Positions 7,052 through 17,274 of a stretch of DNA of 64,000 nucleotides are shown piece by piece. Within the stretch, counting starts at the first letter, position 1, and every line of letters begins with the position of its first letter. The position numbers and the translations under genes are program-made. The notes below the pieces were generated by a model. The model saw only the letters and a program-made list of their open reading frames with translations. It had not been told where the DNA came from and did not search any database. Location of the stretch: the sequence record DRR378314_212; one strand, given 5' to 3'.

Positions 7052-8968
7052 TTAGTAGTAGTTCCAGCCCAGGATATTCCAGTAATAGTAGTACACTGCC
7101 ATATAAACCCCGGCTAGTATGACCACGCCGTAGTAAATGTGGCTTAGCGTAGAGGCTTCACCTGCTTTAATGCGTTGCACATAGGTGTAAATGCTAAACA
7201 GTGTCAGCAGCACGGCGATAATAGGCAGTACCAGAGCTGCCTTGAGTATGAACGGAATACCGCTATATAGAGCGTCCTGATATCCCAGTACTATGCCTAC
7301 CAACAGCACAACCGCGACTAAATGAGACAGACTCATCCATAGTGCGCTATACACCAGCGAACGGTTTGCCGACGGTAAGGTTTTGTAGTGTTTACGCTGG
7401 TAAAACCAACTAATCACAACTTGTAAGAACAGCAGTAAAATGAAGGTTGGCAATAGCAGCTTGAATAGCCCGGTTTCAAAGGTTGGGGTACGTTCCATGC
7501 CCATAAAAGGGAAGCTTTCGAAGTACATGGTGTCAATGCCGTCGCCGCTGCGGGACACAAAGGTTATCTGTTCGTCACCGTCAACCTGACGGAACAAATT
7601 ATCGTCTACTTCAACAAACTGGCGTGGATGATAAAGACCTGTGACCATCAGGGTATTATCTTCGGTTGGAACAACATCAATACTACCACCCATAATACCT
7701 AGTGCTTTCTCAATAGAACTGACGTTTCGGCGCCAGAAGGTATAAGAGCCGGCATATTTGTCAGCACGCTCAGAGAAGTCGCTCGGAGGCGTTAGCTGCT
7801 CAAATGGTTGCGGGAAGTAGTAGTCATAAATTTGTTTCACAAAATTATTACGTCCCGCATTACTCACAGTCGACATATAAGAAACGAAGATTCCGATATT
7901 CTGAGCTTTATCTATGGCTAAGTCGGTGTGGAACTGCATTGTATCGCCACCATGACCGATGATGCGATGACCGTTATAGTCGCTGATGTAAAAGCCGTGG
8001 GCCATGCCGCCAGATAAGCGTTCATCAGCGGTAAATAATAACGAGTGCATTTGCTCTGCAGTTTCTTCTTCAAGAATTCTGTTGCCGTTGAACTCGCCAT
8101 TGTTCAGATGAGCTATCATGAATTTGGCCATGGCATCGGCGCTTGCTGAAGCACCACCTGCGGGCCCAAAGGCGTTGATCATTTCAAAGGGTTGCTCAGC
8201 AAACTTACCCAATTCACGGGTGTAGCCTTTGACCATATGCTCGTTCATGCTGTCGGAGAGAGGCTCGTCGAAGCTTGCGTACTCCATGTTCAGTGGTGCA
8301 AAGATATTTTTTTCAATGTATTGGTTAAATGGCACGCCGGATACGTTCTGTACTATTAGACCTGCCAGAGCCGTTGCATAGTTGGAATACGATGATACTT
8401 CACCCGGTGGGTTTACGCGGGTTGGGATGTACATTTCCATTGCCTTAGCTAATTCAGGGCCTTTGTCCGGGAAATAGTGAATTAAATAGCCTAAACCACC
8501 GTCTTCAAAGCCAGCGGTATGCGACAGAATATGACGCAGGGTAATCGGTTGTTCGTAAGTGGCCGGAATTTCGAAATCCAGATACTGGTTAACGTCTGCA
8601 TCCAGATCAAGCTGGCCCTTCTCATGCAATTGCATAACGGCGGTCCAGGTAAACAACTTAGAGGTAGAGCCAATGCGAAAGAGCGAGGTTTCTGCATTGA
8701 CGGGTTCCTGCTCTTCAATATCCGCCAAACCGTAGCCTTTGGAGAAGATAAGTTCGCCATCTTTCACCACGGATACGGTGACAGCCGGAACGTCCTCCAG
8801 AATCATTTGTGCTTCAATTGTACCGTCTATATAGGTATCGATGTTGTCTAGCTGCTCTTGCGCGCTTGCCTGAGCACTTGTCAGAATACTGACTAACAAG
8901 GTAATCAGTAACAAGCTGCACAGTGCGAAAAACTGCGCACCGCTGCCTATTTTTTGATGAACCTGCAT
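7052..8968 (-). CDS. Serine hydrolase, beta-lactamase/PBP (class C/AmpH-like) fold, with signal peptide and C-terminal TM helices
   Basis: FRIGSTSK (SxxK), YSN and HGG motifs, N-terminal signal sequence, and several hydrophobic C-terminal segments. Confidence 0.88.
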   Translation of the reverse strand: MQVHQKIGSGAQFFALCSLLLITLLVSILTSAQASAQEQLDNIDTYIDGTIEAQMILEDVPAVTVSVVKDGELIFSKGYGLADIEEQEPVNAETSLFRIGSTSKLFTWTAVMQLHEKGQLDLDADVNQYLDFEIPATYEQPITLRHILSHTAGFEDGGLGYLIHYFPDKGPELAKAMEMYIPTRVNPPGEVSSYSNYATALAGLIVQNVSGVPFNQYIEKNIFAPLNMEYASFDEPLSDSMNEHMVKGYTRELGKFAEQPFEMINAFGPAGGASASADAMAKFMIAHLNNGEFNGNRILEEETAEQMHSLLFTADERLSGGMAHGFYISDYNGHRIIGHGGDTMQFHTDLAIDKAQNIGIFVSYMSTVSNAGRNNFVKQIYDYYFPQPFEQLTPPSDFSERADKYAGSYTFWRRNVSSIEKALGIMGGSIDVVPTEDNTLMVTGLYHPRQFVEVDDNLFRQVDGDEQITFVSRSGDGIDTMYFESFPFMGMERTPTFETGLFKLLLPTFILLLFLQVVISWFYQRKHYKTLPSANRSLVYSALWMSLSHLVAVVLLVGIVLGYQDALYSGIPFILKAALVLPIIAVLLTLFSIYTYVQRIKAGEASTLSHIYYGVVILAGVYMAVYYYYWNILGWNYY

Positions 8969-9045
8969 AACTTTCTCCTTGGTTTTTCTGTCTTTATTAT
9001 TTTAATTTTTCTTATTTTTGGGTGTTACTTATCAGTTATTATTTA

Positions 9046-10617
9046 TCAGTTATTACGTATTGCTTTGCCTGGTAAAACATTGGTGTTTAACACACCGTCG
9101 TGAATAAGAAATTGGCCATTTACCAACAGGTACTTCACACCACGCGATAATTGAGCTGGCTTGGCGTAAGTGGCGGCATCCGACAGTTCTGTGAGTGAAA
9201 ACACCGCTAAATCGGCGTCGCTGCCGACTTGAATCCGGCCTTTGTGCTTCATGGAGGGCACGTAGTCTTCCAGTAACTGCGCCGGTAGAAGACTGGCTTT
9301 TGCGATAGCATCGCTTAGTGGTAGCTGTTCTCGCTGCACGGCGTATTGGCTAATGAAACGCGTGAATGTGCCGGCACTGCGAGGGTGTGACCAGGCTGAA
9401 TTTGGCAGTGGCCAAGTGAGTTCATCAACCGGCTCGCCATCATTTAGCCAGTCACCGCCATCAGAGGCGATGATACCGCCGGGCATGAGTAGTGCATTAT
9501 CGATAAAAGCCCGCTCAGCAGGATTTTCGGTTTCAAGAAAGTGAATAATAATATCGGTGCCCGGTGCTTCTTCCTGTAACTGAGCAAACTCAGCTTCGGA
9601 AAGGCGCTTGCCGTCAACGGCAAAATTCTCTGCGCTGATATTGCCAATACGTTCGCGCCAACCTTCTCCACGGAACATTTCCGCACCAATGGAGGTGGCA
9701 CCAGCACCGTAAGGGTAGGCTTCAGTGGACAGCTGTACCCCCGCTTCCTGTGCGGTGCTGATCATGTCTGCTATGAGTTGAATATCTTTCAGGCTAATGG
9801 AGTTTAAATGGACAATGTGTGCGTGGACACCGGTACTGGCGGCCACGCTAATAATTTCCTGAATGGCTTCGAATGAGCTCTCTGGTTCGGCCATTGATAA
9901 GTAACGTGCATGGGTAAACGTTGGTGCTTCGCGCTCTGCAGCAAGCTTACTCACTCGATAGTATTCTTTGTGTCCAGAGCCCGGTGCATAGCCAGTCAGA
10001 AATCCCACTCCCAGTCCTCCGGCATCTAACCCTTCGCTAACCTGGCGTTCAATTTCACTGAGCTGTTCACGGGTGGCAATTGAATTTTGCCAACCCTTAC
10101 GGTTCATCATTTCTGAAAACCAGCTAGCCTCACTGGAGGGTTCAACATTCAGTAGGGTAGCAATGCGGGTGCTGAGCCAATTGACCGAAGCGCCATAGTT
10201 AATGGGGCGGCCTTCTTTCGCGCGTATTTGGTAGAATTCGTCCACAGGAAAAGTGCCGGATTCCAGCTCAAGTGCGGTAGTGACACCATCAAAGGCCTGT
10301 ACCCGACCGGATAGAATGGTTTGCCCGTGGGCATGCATATCAATAAAGCCGGGGCTTATCACTAACCCCTTCGCATTTACCTTCTGTTCGCCAGTGATAG
10401 ATTCGACCGTAACTATGGCAATTTTGCTGTCTTTAATGCCTATGTTGCGGATATCGTCCAATCCAGTTTCGGGATCGATGACGCGACCACCTAGTAACAC
10501 GATATCGTATTCTTCAGCTGAAGTGGTTTGAGCTAAAGCTCTCGGAATTCCGAAGCTCAAACTTAAACTTATAATAAACAGTACGTTCAACAAGGAGCGT
10601 TTATTGTATTGCCACAT
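9046..10617 (-). CDS. Amidohydrolase, N-acyl-D-amino-acid deacylase (D-aminoacylase) family, with signal peptide
   Basis: PGFIDMHAH metal motif, IASDG, HPRSAGTF, KGRIQVGSDAD, and an ALA-Q signal peptidase site. Confidence 0.85.
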   Translation of the reverse strand: MWQYNKRSLLNVLFIISLSLSFGIPRALAQTTSAEEYDIVLLGGRVIDPETGLDDIRNIGIKDSKIAIVTVESITGEQKVNAKGLVISPGFIDMHAHGQTILSGRVQAFDGVTTALELESGTFPVDEFYQIRAKEGRPINYGASVNWLSTRIATLLNVEPSSEASWFSEMMNRKGWQNSIATREQLSEIERQVSEGLDAGGLGVGFLTGYAPGSGHKEYYRVSKLAAEREAPTFTHARYLSMAEPESSFEAIQEIISVAASTGVHAHIVHLNSISLKDIQLIADMISTAQEAGVQLSTEAYPYGAGATSIGAEMFRGEGWRERIGNISAENFAVDGKRLSEAEFAQLQEEAPGTDIIIHFLETENPAERAFIDNALLMPGGIIASDGGDWLNDGEPVDELTWPLPNSAWSHPRSAGTFTRFISQYAVQREQLPLSDAIAKASLLPAQLLEDYVPSMKHKGRIQVGSDADLAVFSLTELSDAATYAKPAQLSRGVKYLLVNGQFLIHDGVLNTNVLPGKAIRNN

Positions 10618-10670
10618 TTGTGTGCTTCCTTTATTGCTCTTGTCGATTAATTAACCACATCCATTTCTTT

Positions 10671-10684
10671 TTGTACAGCTTTAT
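10671..10684. promoter_or_regulatory. Candidate GntR operator, copy 1 (TTGTACAGCTTTAT)
   Basis: An identical 14-mer occurs at 16085-16098 in the other divergent promoter region of the same locus. Confidence 0.55.
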
Positions 10685-10831
10685 ATTTAATTATGGCTGA
10701 TTTATTTGTTAATCTATTCCGTCAAAATGAAATACTTGCCGTACAGGATTAAATTTAACGACATGCTGTTATACTAGCGGGTAAGTTTTTAATATTAATC
10801 TATCTGGTGTTAGCAGAGAAAAGAGGCCGTC

Positions 10832-11497
10832 ATGAAACAAGAAGCTGCGGATCCGTATGGCATGATTATGGATGCCATCGTTACTCAGGCATTGCCGCCC
10901 AGCCAAAAAGTGTCAGAAAATATCCTGAGTGAAACTTTTGGTATTAGCCGCGCAATGGCGAGAAACATGATGGAACGTCTGGCAGCGCAACATTTTTTGG
11001 TCACGCTATCCCCTCGGATCACTCAAGTAGCACCGCTGACATTGCTCGAAATAAGGCAAAACTTTATGCTGCGACGCATGCTGTTGCCGGAAATTATTGC
11101 TGGCGCGTCTAAAGTTGATTTCGATAAAATAACGGCGTTGAATAAAAAAATTTCCTGTCTGCTTCCTTTCAAAGATGACGCGACAGCGCTTGAGCTACTG
11201 AAAGTCAATAAAGAGCTTAACCTCACGTTATGTGAGCCTATTGGCTATCCGCTGATGATTGACTGGGTACGTCAGTTAGAAGATACCGCTATGCGTATTT
11301 ATTGGTTGTACATAAAAACGAAACAGGCGTTTCCTTATTCGAGTGATCAGCAAAGCACTATTATCGAAGTGATGCGCACCGATGACCGTAAACGCATTCA
11401 CTCCTGTATCAACGACATGATAGTGCAAACTGAAGAACGGGTGCTGGATGCCGTGTTCCAGAACAAGCAGTTTTACACTCAGGATCTAATTGTTTAG
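10832..11497 (+). CDS. GntR (FadR/FCD) family transcriptional regulator
   Basis: N-terminal winged HTH (SENILSETFGISRAMARNMMERL), helical C-terminal domain, 221 aa. Confidence 0.8.
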   Translation: MKQEAADPYGMIMDAIVTQALPPSQKVSENILSETFGISRAMARNMMERLAAQHFLVTLSPRITQVAPLTLLEIRQNFMLRRMLLPEIIAGASKVDFDKITALNKKISCLLPFKDDATALELLKVNKELNLTLCEPIGYPLMIDWVRQLEDTAMRIYWLYIKTKQAFPYSSDQQSTIIEVMRTDDRKRIHSCINDMIVQTEERVLDAVFQNKQFYTQDLIV

Positions 11498-12625
11498 TGG
11501 GCTGGCTGTCGGTTGCTCTTGCCTGCCCCGGTGCAGGAGTATTCTGGCCAGGCCAACGGTTAACAAGGGTAGAATGACTACCGCAATGTAGGCGTAAGAG
11601 AGTAAACCATATCCGCTGGCAATTAGACTGATAATGCCAATTTCGTTGGCTAAAAACGTGGCAATGAATAGAAAACTCAGTGCTATAACTGACCGTAGCC
11701 ACTGTGGAAAAGTTTTGCCGTTACTGTGGAAGGTTCCGGCAACGCGTTCGTTAACGGCATGAATGACACCGGTACCCGTTTCAATAAAAGTGCCAAATAA
11801 CATCACCTGAAACAGTACTAACAGCCAAACCAGATTAAGTGCGGATAACACCTGAATGACAGGGACGGGCGCAGTCAATACGCCCGGATAGTTCGCCAAC
11901 AAGGTTAAAAATACAAAAATTCCCGGCACTATGGCGACTACACCAGCCAATAAACCGGCACCGACCGCATGTTGAGTTTTAACAAAGCGCGGTACAATAA
12001 ATAGCACGGCAGCGAGAGCGTTCAGGTTATAGGCTGCGTAACGTACACCATCGACAGCCCAGGCTCCCGTTATTGTTGCTGCATTAAAATGGCCAATAAT
12101 TTCGTCATTAAAATTGGTGAACGTACTGGCGAATAGCGCTATGTAAGTCAAAAATAATAGCGCCGACCAGCCGACAAAAACACGTTCTATAAGCTTGCTA
12201 CCGAAAAAGGTGAGTATGCCGACAAACAGCATCAGTGTGAGTACGCCAATTACCGCAGGAACGTCCAGTAGCTGGCTGATAATTTCGCCGGCGGCTGAGC
12301 CGAGTACGGCAAGTACCAATAAGGCTATTAATAAGTAAATAACTTCAAATAACCACCAAAAGCGACCGAGCAGAGCTTGAAAGAAGCTTTTGTAGTTGTA
12401 GCTTTTGGTGATGCGGGCAAACTCGAAGGCGACGGCTAAAACAGCGCCCCATACCAGACAGGATATCAGCATACCAAAGAAGCCGCCGAGCACGCCGTGA
12501 ACTAAGAAAAATTCAGTTATTTCGCGTCCTGTGCCATAACCGCCACCAACAATAACCGACTGGAATACCAAGCCTGGTACCAGGTAAATACTAAACCCAC
12601 GAACCCAACGATTATAATTCGGCAT
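11486..12625 (-). CDS. YkvI-like membrane protein (probable amino acid/peptide permease)
   Basis: VIVGGGYGTGREITEFF N-terminal signature and about 10 TM helices. Confidence 0.8.
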   Translation of the reverse strand: MPNYNRWVRGFSIYLVPGLVFQSVIVGGGYGTGREITEFFLVHGVLGGFFGMLISCLVWGAVLAVAFEFARITKSYNYKSFFQALLGRFWWLFEVIYLLIALLVLAVLGSAAGEIISQLLDVPAVIGVLTLMLFVGILTFFGSKLIERVFVGWSALLFLTYIALFASTFTNFNDEIIGHFNAATITGAWAVDGVRYAAYNLNALAAVLFIVPRFVKTQHAVGAGLLAGVVAIVPGIFVFLTLLANYPGVLTAPVPVIQVLSALNLVWLLVLFQVMLFGTFIETGTGVIHAVNERVAGTFHSNGKTFPQWLRSVIALSFLFIATFLANEIGIISLIASGYGLLSYAYIAVVILPLLTVGLARILLHRGRQEQPTASPLNN

Positions 12626-13664
12626 GTGCCTGCCTGGTTTTCTGCGGATAAAATTGCATCATCAGCTCTTTAATCAGAGTGTCGCACCCGGTGATAATGG
12701 GGTCAACACAGGGTAAGCCTAATTCTTGCTCTAGTGCCTGCAAGTATTCCTCCCGTTTGTCCTCACTCAACGATGACGTATTGACGCTGACACCAATACA
12801 ACGGACGTTTGGATTAACAATTCGGGCGCATTGCAAATGCAGATCAATACAGTCTTGAATACCGGGTAATTGATAGTCAGGGCAGGTACTAATGGTTTCG
12901 CGGGCTACGTCATGACAGACAATAATGGCATCGGGTTGTGAGCCATGCAGCAAACCGAGACTAACCGCGGAAAATGACGGGTTAAAGAGCGACCCCTGGC
13001 CTTCAATAATATCCCAATGGTCGGCGTTATTATCCGGCGAGATGAGCTCTGCTGCACCGCTGACAAAGTCGCTGACCACGCTATCCACCGGCAGACCTTC
13101 GCCTGCTATCATAATACCTGTCTGTCCAGTGGCTCTGAACGTAGCGTCTATTCCTGCCGTGTTTAGTCCTAAACTGAGTTCCAGTGCGGTATATTTTTTC
13201 CCAACGGCGCAATCGGTTCCGACCGTCAGCAGCCGCATGCCCTTACGTTTCTTGCCCGTGGCGATAGGAAATTCTCCAGTGACCTGGCGTACATTAATAA
13301 TTTGTCCGGTACTTTTTTTCTGCGCTTCTGCTAACTCTGGAATATTATTCAAGTTTGTATGCAGCCCGTTGATAATGTCCAAACCCGCCTCCAATGTTTG
13401 CACGAATATAGGCAACCAACTCGGTTTGATGTTACCGCCTACGGTTGCTACGCCAATAACCAAGCTTTTTGCGCCATTGGCAATAGCATCCGCAAGAGTT
13501 AACTCTGTAAGGCCAAGGTCGACTGCACAAGAAGGCAGTCTTAATTGTCCTAAAACATCATCGCCGCACCATTTGGCGAGACCAGCCCCCGTTTTTACCA
13601 GTGTTTTATCCTGTATGTCGCCCAGGAAAATGACATAGGGCAATTTAATTTTCATAGTACTCAT
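12612..13664 (-). CDS. DUF1611 family protein (D-glutamate N-acetyltransferase DgcN-like)
   Basis: KTGAGL, LTVGTDCAVGKKYTAL, FRATGQTGI, EGQGSL and LGLLHGSQPD motifs. Confidence 0.88.
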   Translation of the reverse strand: MSTMKIKLPYVIFLGDIQDKTLVKTGAGLAKWCGDDVLGQLRLPSCAVDLGLTELTLADAIANGAKSLVIGVATVGGNIKPSWLPIFVQTLEAGLDIINGLHTNLNNIPELAEAQKKSTGQIINVRQVTGEFPIATGKKRKGMRLLTVGTDCAVGKKYTALELSLGLNTAGIDATFRATGQTGIMIAGEGLPVDSVVSDFVSGAAELISPDNNADHWDIIEGQGSLFNPSFSAVSLGLLHGSQPDAIIVCHDVARETISTCPDYQLPGIQDCIDLHLQCARIVNPNVRCIGVSVNTSSLSEDKREEYLQALEQELGLPCVDPIITGCDTLIKELMMQFYPQKTRQAHAEL

Positions 13665-13701
13665 ACACTACCTGCCTTACTTCTCGAAAGTTAGCGATTG
13701 A

Positions 13702-15966
13702 CTAAAACGAATAGGAGACCGATACACCGATGGTGCGTGGTTCCAGGGGAATACCTGTGATATCCACGGTATTGCTGCCAGGGACGGCATTGGCATTAAA
13801 GAAGGTGTAGGCCTTTTTATCGAGCAGGTTGTTAACGTACAAGGTGAATAGCCAGTTATTCTTTTCAACGCCGGTGGTCAGGTTGATCGTAGTGAAATCA
13901 TCACTGGGCAAATTAACCGAGGGGTTCTCCGGGTCGCCATTAACAAAGGCTGAGTTCATGCTGTCTTTATAGTTGGCGCTAGCACTCACCCAGCCATTCA
14001 TGTTGTAAGGCAGTTGGTAGTCGTAGAAAACGCTGGAATTAAAGGTCCATTTGGGCGTATTTGGCACCGTGGCACCTTTTAAGCCAAACAGTTCAGGTTC
14101 ATCTTCGTTTAATGTACTTTCATTGAAAGCAGCCGCTGCTTTTAAGGTTAAGTTCGGCGTAATTTGATAATCGAAACTACCTTCCCAACCTTGTACCGTA
14201 ATGCCGTTACGGGCATTGCCGTCAGTGCCGATGCCAAAGAAGGTGACGATGGTTTGAAAGTTTTTCCAGTCAATGTAATAAAGTGCCGATTCATAGTTAA
14301 ACTTATTGTCGGCTAACGCACCTTTCACACCAACTTCATAGCTCCACAAATCATCCTGTTCGACAACCGGTTGTGAGAGTATTTCACCGGTAAAAGGGTT
14401 TCTGACACTTAAGTTCGACGAAGCTGGCCGGTAACCGCTTGCGATGCGCGTATAAAATGACGTGTCATCCGTTGGTCTGTATCGGGCGGTTAACAGGTAA
14501 GTTTCAACGGTTTCTTTGGCTGTTTCCAGCTCTTCAACAACACTGCCAGCGCCAAGTAGAGGGCCTTCCTGTACAAAAATAAGCGACTGCTCAGTTTTTG
14601 ATATTCGTAAGCCGGCAGTAACATCAAAATTAGGGGCAAAGTAATAGGTGTAATTACCAAAAGCTGCGAGTTCGTTGTAGTCACTTGGGAACTCGGCGTT
14701 GAGTGCCAGAATGTCTTGTGGCATGCCGGTTAACCGTTGTGAGTTTTGGGTCGACTCATCTGAATAAAACAGTCCGACCAACCATTCATAATTGCCTTCG
14801 GTGGTCGAGGTTAGTCTAAGCTCATGCACAGACTTATCGGATCCAACATCGCGTGTGAGGGGAGCTGATTCGACACTACCAGCGGGTAATCCTTCGAGTT
14901 GTTCGATAATCGGTCCGTAAAGTGATACCACATCTTCCGCCGCAGTACCTTCATACTCGGCTTTGCTGCTGGTGAAATCCAGAACAGCTCCTTCCATCTC
15001 GTAACTGGCGCTGACAGAATATAAGGTTTGGGTTAGCTCATCGGAGCCATAGGCGGAGTCAGATAAAAACTCACCATAGGCTTCGTCTTTGTCTATAGAA
15101 GCAATACGTACTGCCGAGCTTAAGTTATAGGATGACTCTTGTTTCATTCCTTTCAGGCGAATTTTAAACTTTTCGGTTGGGGTGTAATAAAGGTCGGCGG
15201 AATAACCTTCGTTTTCGGAGTCATTGGCGTTTTCACGAATTAATAACCCCGTTGCGGGACTCACCTGATCGACATACCCGCCGTTATCCTGGGTGAAACC
15301 AGCGAGGGTAAGGCCCAGCTTGCCCTCAATCAGCGGAAAGCTATAAAAACCTCGATAAAGCTGGCTTGAGTCGCCTCCTTTGGTTTGAGAGTAATCGACG
15401 GTGAACTTACCCCGTGAGTCATACAGCTCGGGTTCGTTGGTAATATAACGTACTGCACCCGCAATGGCTGTTGCACCGAATAGAGTGCCCTGAGGCCCTT
15501 TAATTAACTCTACCCGGGCAACGTCGCCCAGTAAGCCATCAAAGAACAAACGGCCGCCAGCGGCGAAACCAGTGCTGCTGGTTAATGGCACATCGTCTAA
15601 GTAAATAGCTGTCACTGGCGAATCATTTTGCTGGCTTACACCGCGGGCACTAATGGACCCGCGACCTGCCTGACCCGTTGCACTGCTGAAACTGAACCCT
15701 GGTGCTTCTTCAACGACATCGGATATGGATGTTAAGCCACGTTGAATAAAAGAGTCCGGGTCAACGGCATAAACTGCTGCGGGGGTATCTTGAATGGTTT
15801 GTACACGTCGGGAGGAGGTGACTTCAATGACTTCGAGAGTATCTTCTTCAACCGATTGCTTTTCATTTTCTTCTGCTTGCTGAGCCAAAGCGCCGACGGA
15901 AATGACCGACATACCATAAATTAAAATTCGAATACTACGGGTTAAGTGATTGATTTTGTTGTTCAT
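13702..15966 (-). CDS. TonB-dependent outer-membrane receptor
   Basis: Signal peptide, EVIEVTS TonB box, plug motif RVELIKGPQGTLFG, NNLLDK, and PRTIGVSVSYSF ending in Phe. Confidence 0.93.
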   Translation of the reverse strand: MNNKINHLTRSIRILIYGMSVISVGALAQQAEENEKQSVEEDTLEVIEVTSSRRVQTIQDTPAAVYAVDPDSFIQRGLTSISDVVEEAPGFSFSSATGQAGRGSISARGVSQQNDSPVTAIYLDDVPLTSSTGFAAGGRLFFDGLLGDVARVELIKGPQGTLFGATAIAGAVRYITNEPELYDSRGKFTVDYSQTKGGDSSQLYRGFYSFPLIEGKLGLTLAGFTQDNGGYVDQVSPATGLLIRENANDSENEGYSADLYYTPTEKFKIRLKGMKQESSYNLSSAVRIASIDKDEAYGEFLSDSAYGSDELTQTLYSVSASYEMEGAVLDFTSSKAEYEGTAAEDVVSLYGPIIEQLEGLPAGSVESAPLTRDVGSDKSVHELRLTSTTEGNYEWLVGLFYSDESTQNSQRLTGMPQDILALNAEFPSDYNELAAFGNYTYYFAPNFDVTAGLRISKTEQSLIFVQEGPLLGAGSVVEELETAKETVETYLLTARYRPTDDTSFYTRIASGYRPASSNLSVRNPFTGEILSQPVVEQDDLWSYEVGVKGALADNKFNYESALYYIDWKNFQTIVTFFGIGTDGNARNGITVQGWEGSFDYQITPNLTLKAAAAFNESTLNEDEPELFGLKGATVPNTPKWTFNSSVFYDYQLPYNMNGWVSASANYKDSMNSAFVNGDPENPSVNLPSDDFTTINLTTGVEKNNWLFTLYVNNLLDKKAYTFFNANAVPGSNTVDITGIPLEPRTIGVSVSYSF

Positions 15967-16084
15967 AGGATACCTACTTTCACCTGTTGTTTATTATGTT
16001 CTGGTTACTTTTTGGTGATTTTTTCGTTAATTATTTGTGATGATTAACGCCTTATTGGTTAAACAATAATCAACAAAAAACATC

Positions 16085-16098
16085 TTGTACAGCTTTAT
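16085..16098. promoter_or_regulatory. Candidate GntR operator, copy 2 (TTGTACAGCTTTAT)
   Basis: Identical to 10671-10684. Confidence 0.55.
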
Positions 16099-16158
16099 TT
16101 TTGAATTTAACAGCCTTATAGTTCATCAAGAATGTTTTGATTCACTAAAGGAAAAACT

Positions 16159-17265
16159 ATGAAGATCAGCGCGATTAAGCTGGCACTATTGAATGTCGAG
16201 ATGCATCACGCGATTAAAACACCCATAGGCGTGATAGCTGCGGCCCGGAATGTGGTGGTGAAAATTGAAACCGATAGCGGCCTTTATGGCTGGGGTGAAA
16301 CCAGTCCAATGTCAGCGATAACCAGTGACACACAGGAGAGTAGTTATGCGCTGGGGCAAGATCTGGCACGCCTTTTGGTGGGTAAAGACCCGTTAGCTAT
16401 AGAAGATAATTTAGCGGCGTTAAGGCGCTACAGTGGCCGGGCGAGCAGTATGATCTGCGCGTTTGATATGGCGATGTACGACTTAGCCGCGAAGCAGGCG
16501 GGTATGCCACTGTATCAATTTTTAGGCGGTGAACAGCGACCGCTGGAAACCGACCATACTATTGGTCATCAAGATTCCGTGGCTGAAACTGTGGCAATGG
16601 CGAAGCGCCTGGTAGCCGAAGGATTCTCGACGATAAAACTGAAAACCGGCCGAGCTGATTTAATTGATGTGGAGCACGTTGCTGCGGTGCGTGAGGCAGT
16701 GGGTGAGACTATTAAGTTGCGCATTGATTGTAATCAGGGCTGGGATTACCCCATGACAATGGCAAACCTGCATCACTTAGAAAAACTAGACATAGAGTAT
16801 CTTGAACAACCATTGCCTGCGTGGGATGTGGACGGGTTCGCGCAGTTGCGTGCGAATACACGAATGCCAATTTGCGCTGATGAAAGCGTATTTAACCATA
16901 TTGATGCGTTGCGTTTGATTAAAGCCGACGCGGTGGACTTTCTGAATATTAAGCTGGTGAAATCTGGAGGAATTAATACCGCACTGAAAATTAACAGTAT
17001 TGCCGAAGCGGCTGGTGTGCGTTGCATGATTGGGTGTTTTGGTGAGAGCCGCTTAGGGCTTTCAGCCGCGGCTCATGTGGCCTGCGCCCGGCCAAATATT
17101 CAGTTTATAGATTTGGATTCTGCGCTGCACTTTTGTGCAGACCCAGTTAAAGGAGGACTTGAGTATGTTGCAAACGAGGGAGGTAAAATCGTATTACCTG
17201 ACGGCCTAGGTCATGGTGCTGAGTTTATTGAGTCGGAACTCGACCGTGCAATAACGATAAACTAG
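16159..17265 (+). CDS. Enolase superfamily (MLE subgroup) dipeptide epimerase / N-acyl-amino-acid racemase
   Basis: GWGE, KLK (KxK), D-C-N, EQP and DES metal ligands, NIKLVKSGG second catalytic Lys, DLD. Confidence 0.88.
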   Translation: MKISAIKLALLNVEMHHAIKTPIGVIAAARNVVVKIETDSGLYGWGETSPMSAITSDTQESSYALGQDLARLLVGKDPLAIEDNLAALRRYSGRASSMICAFDMAMYDLAAKQAGMPLYQFLGGEQRPLETDHTIGHQDSVAETVAMAKRLVAEGFSTIKLKTGRADLIDVEHVAAVREAVGETIKLRIDCNQGWDYPMTMANLHHLEKLDIEYLEQPLPAWDVDGFAQLRANTRMPICADESVFNHIDALRLIKADAVDFLNIKLVKSGGINTALKINSIAEAAGVRCMIGCFGESRLGLSAAAHVACARPNIQFIDLDSALHFCADPVKGGLEYVANEGGKIVLPDGLGHGAEFIESELDRAITIN

Positions 17266-17274
17266 GGGCGGCGC

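Noticed and set aside
12925-13638. 237-aa plus-strand ORF
   Set aside because: Antisense shadow of the DUF1611 gene, Ser/Pro-rich, no recognisable motif.
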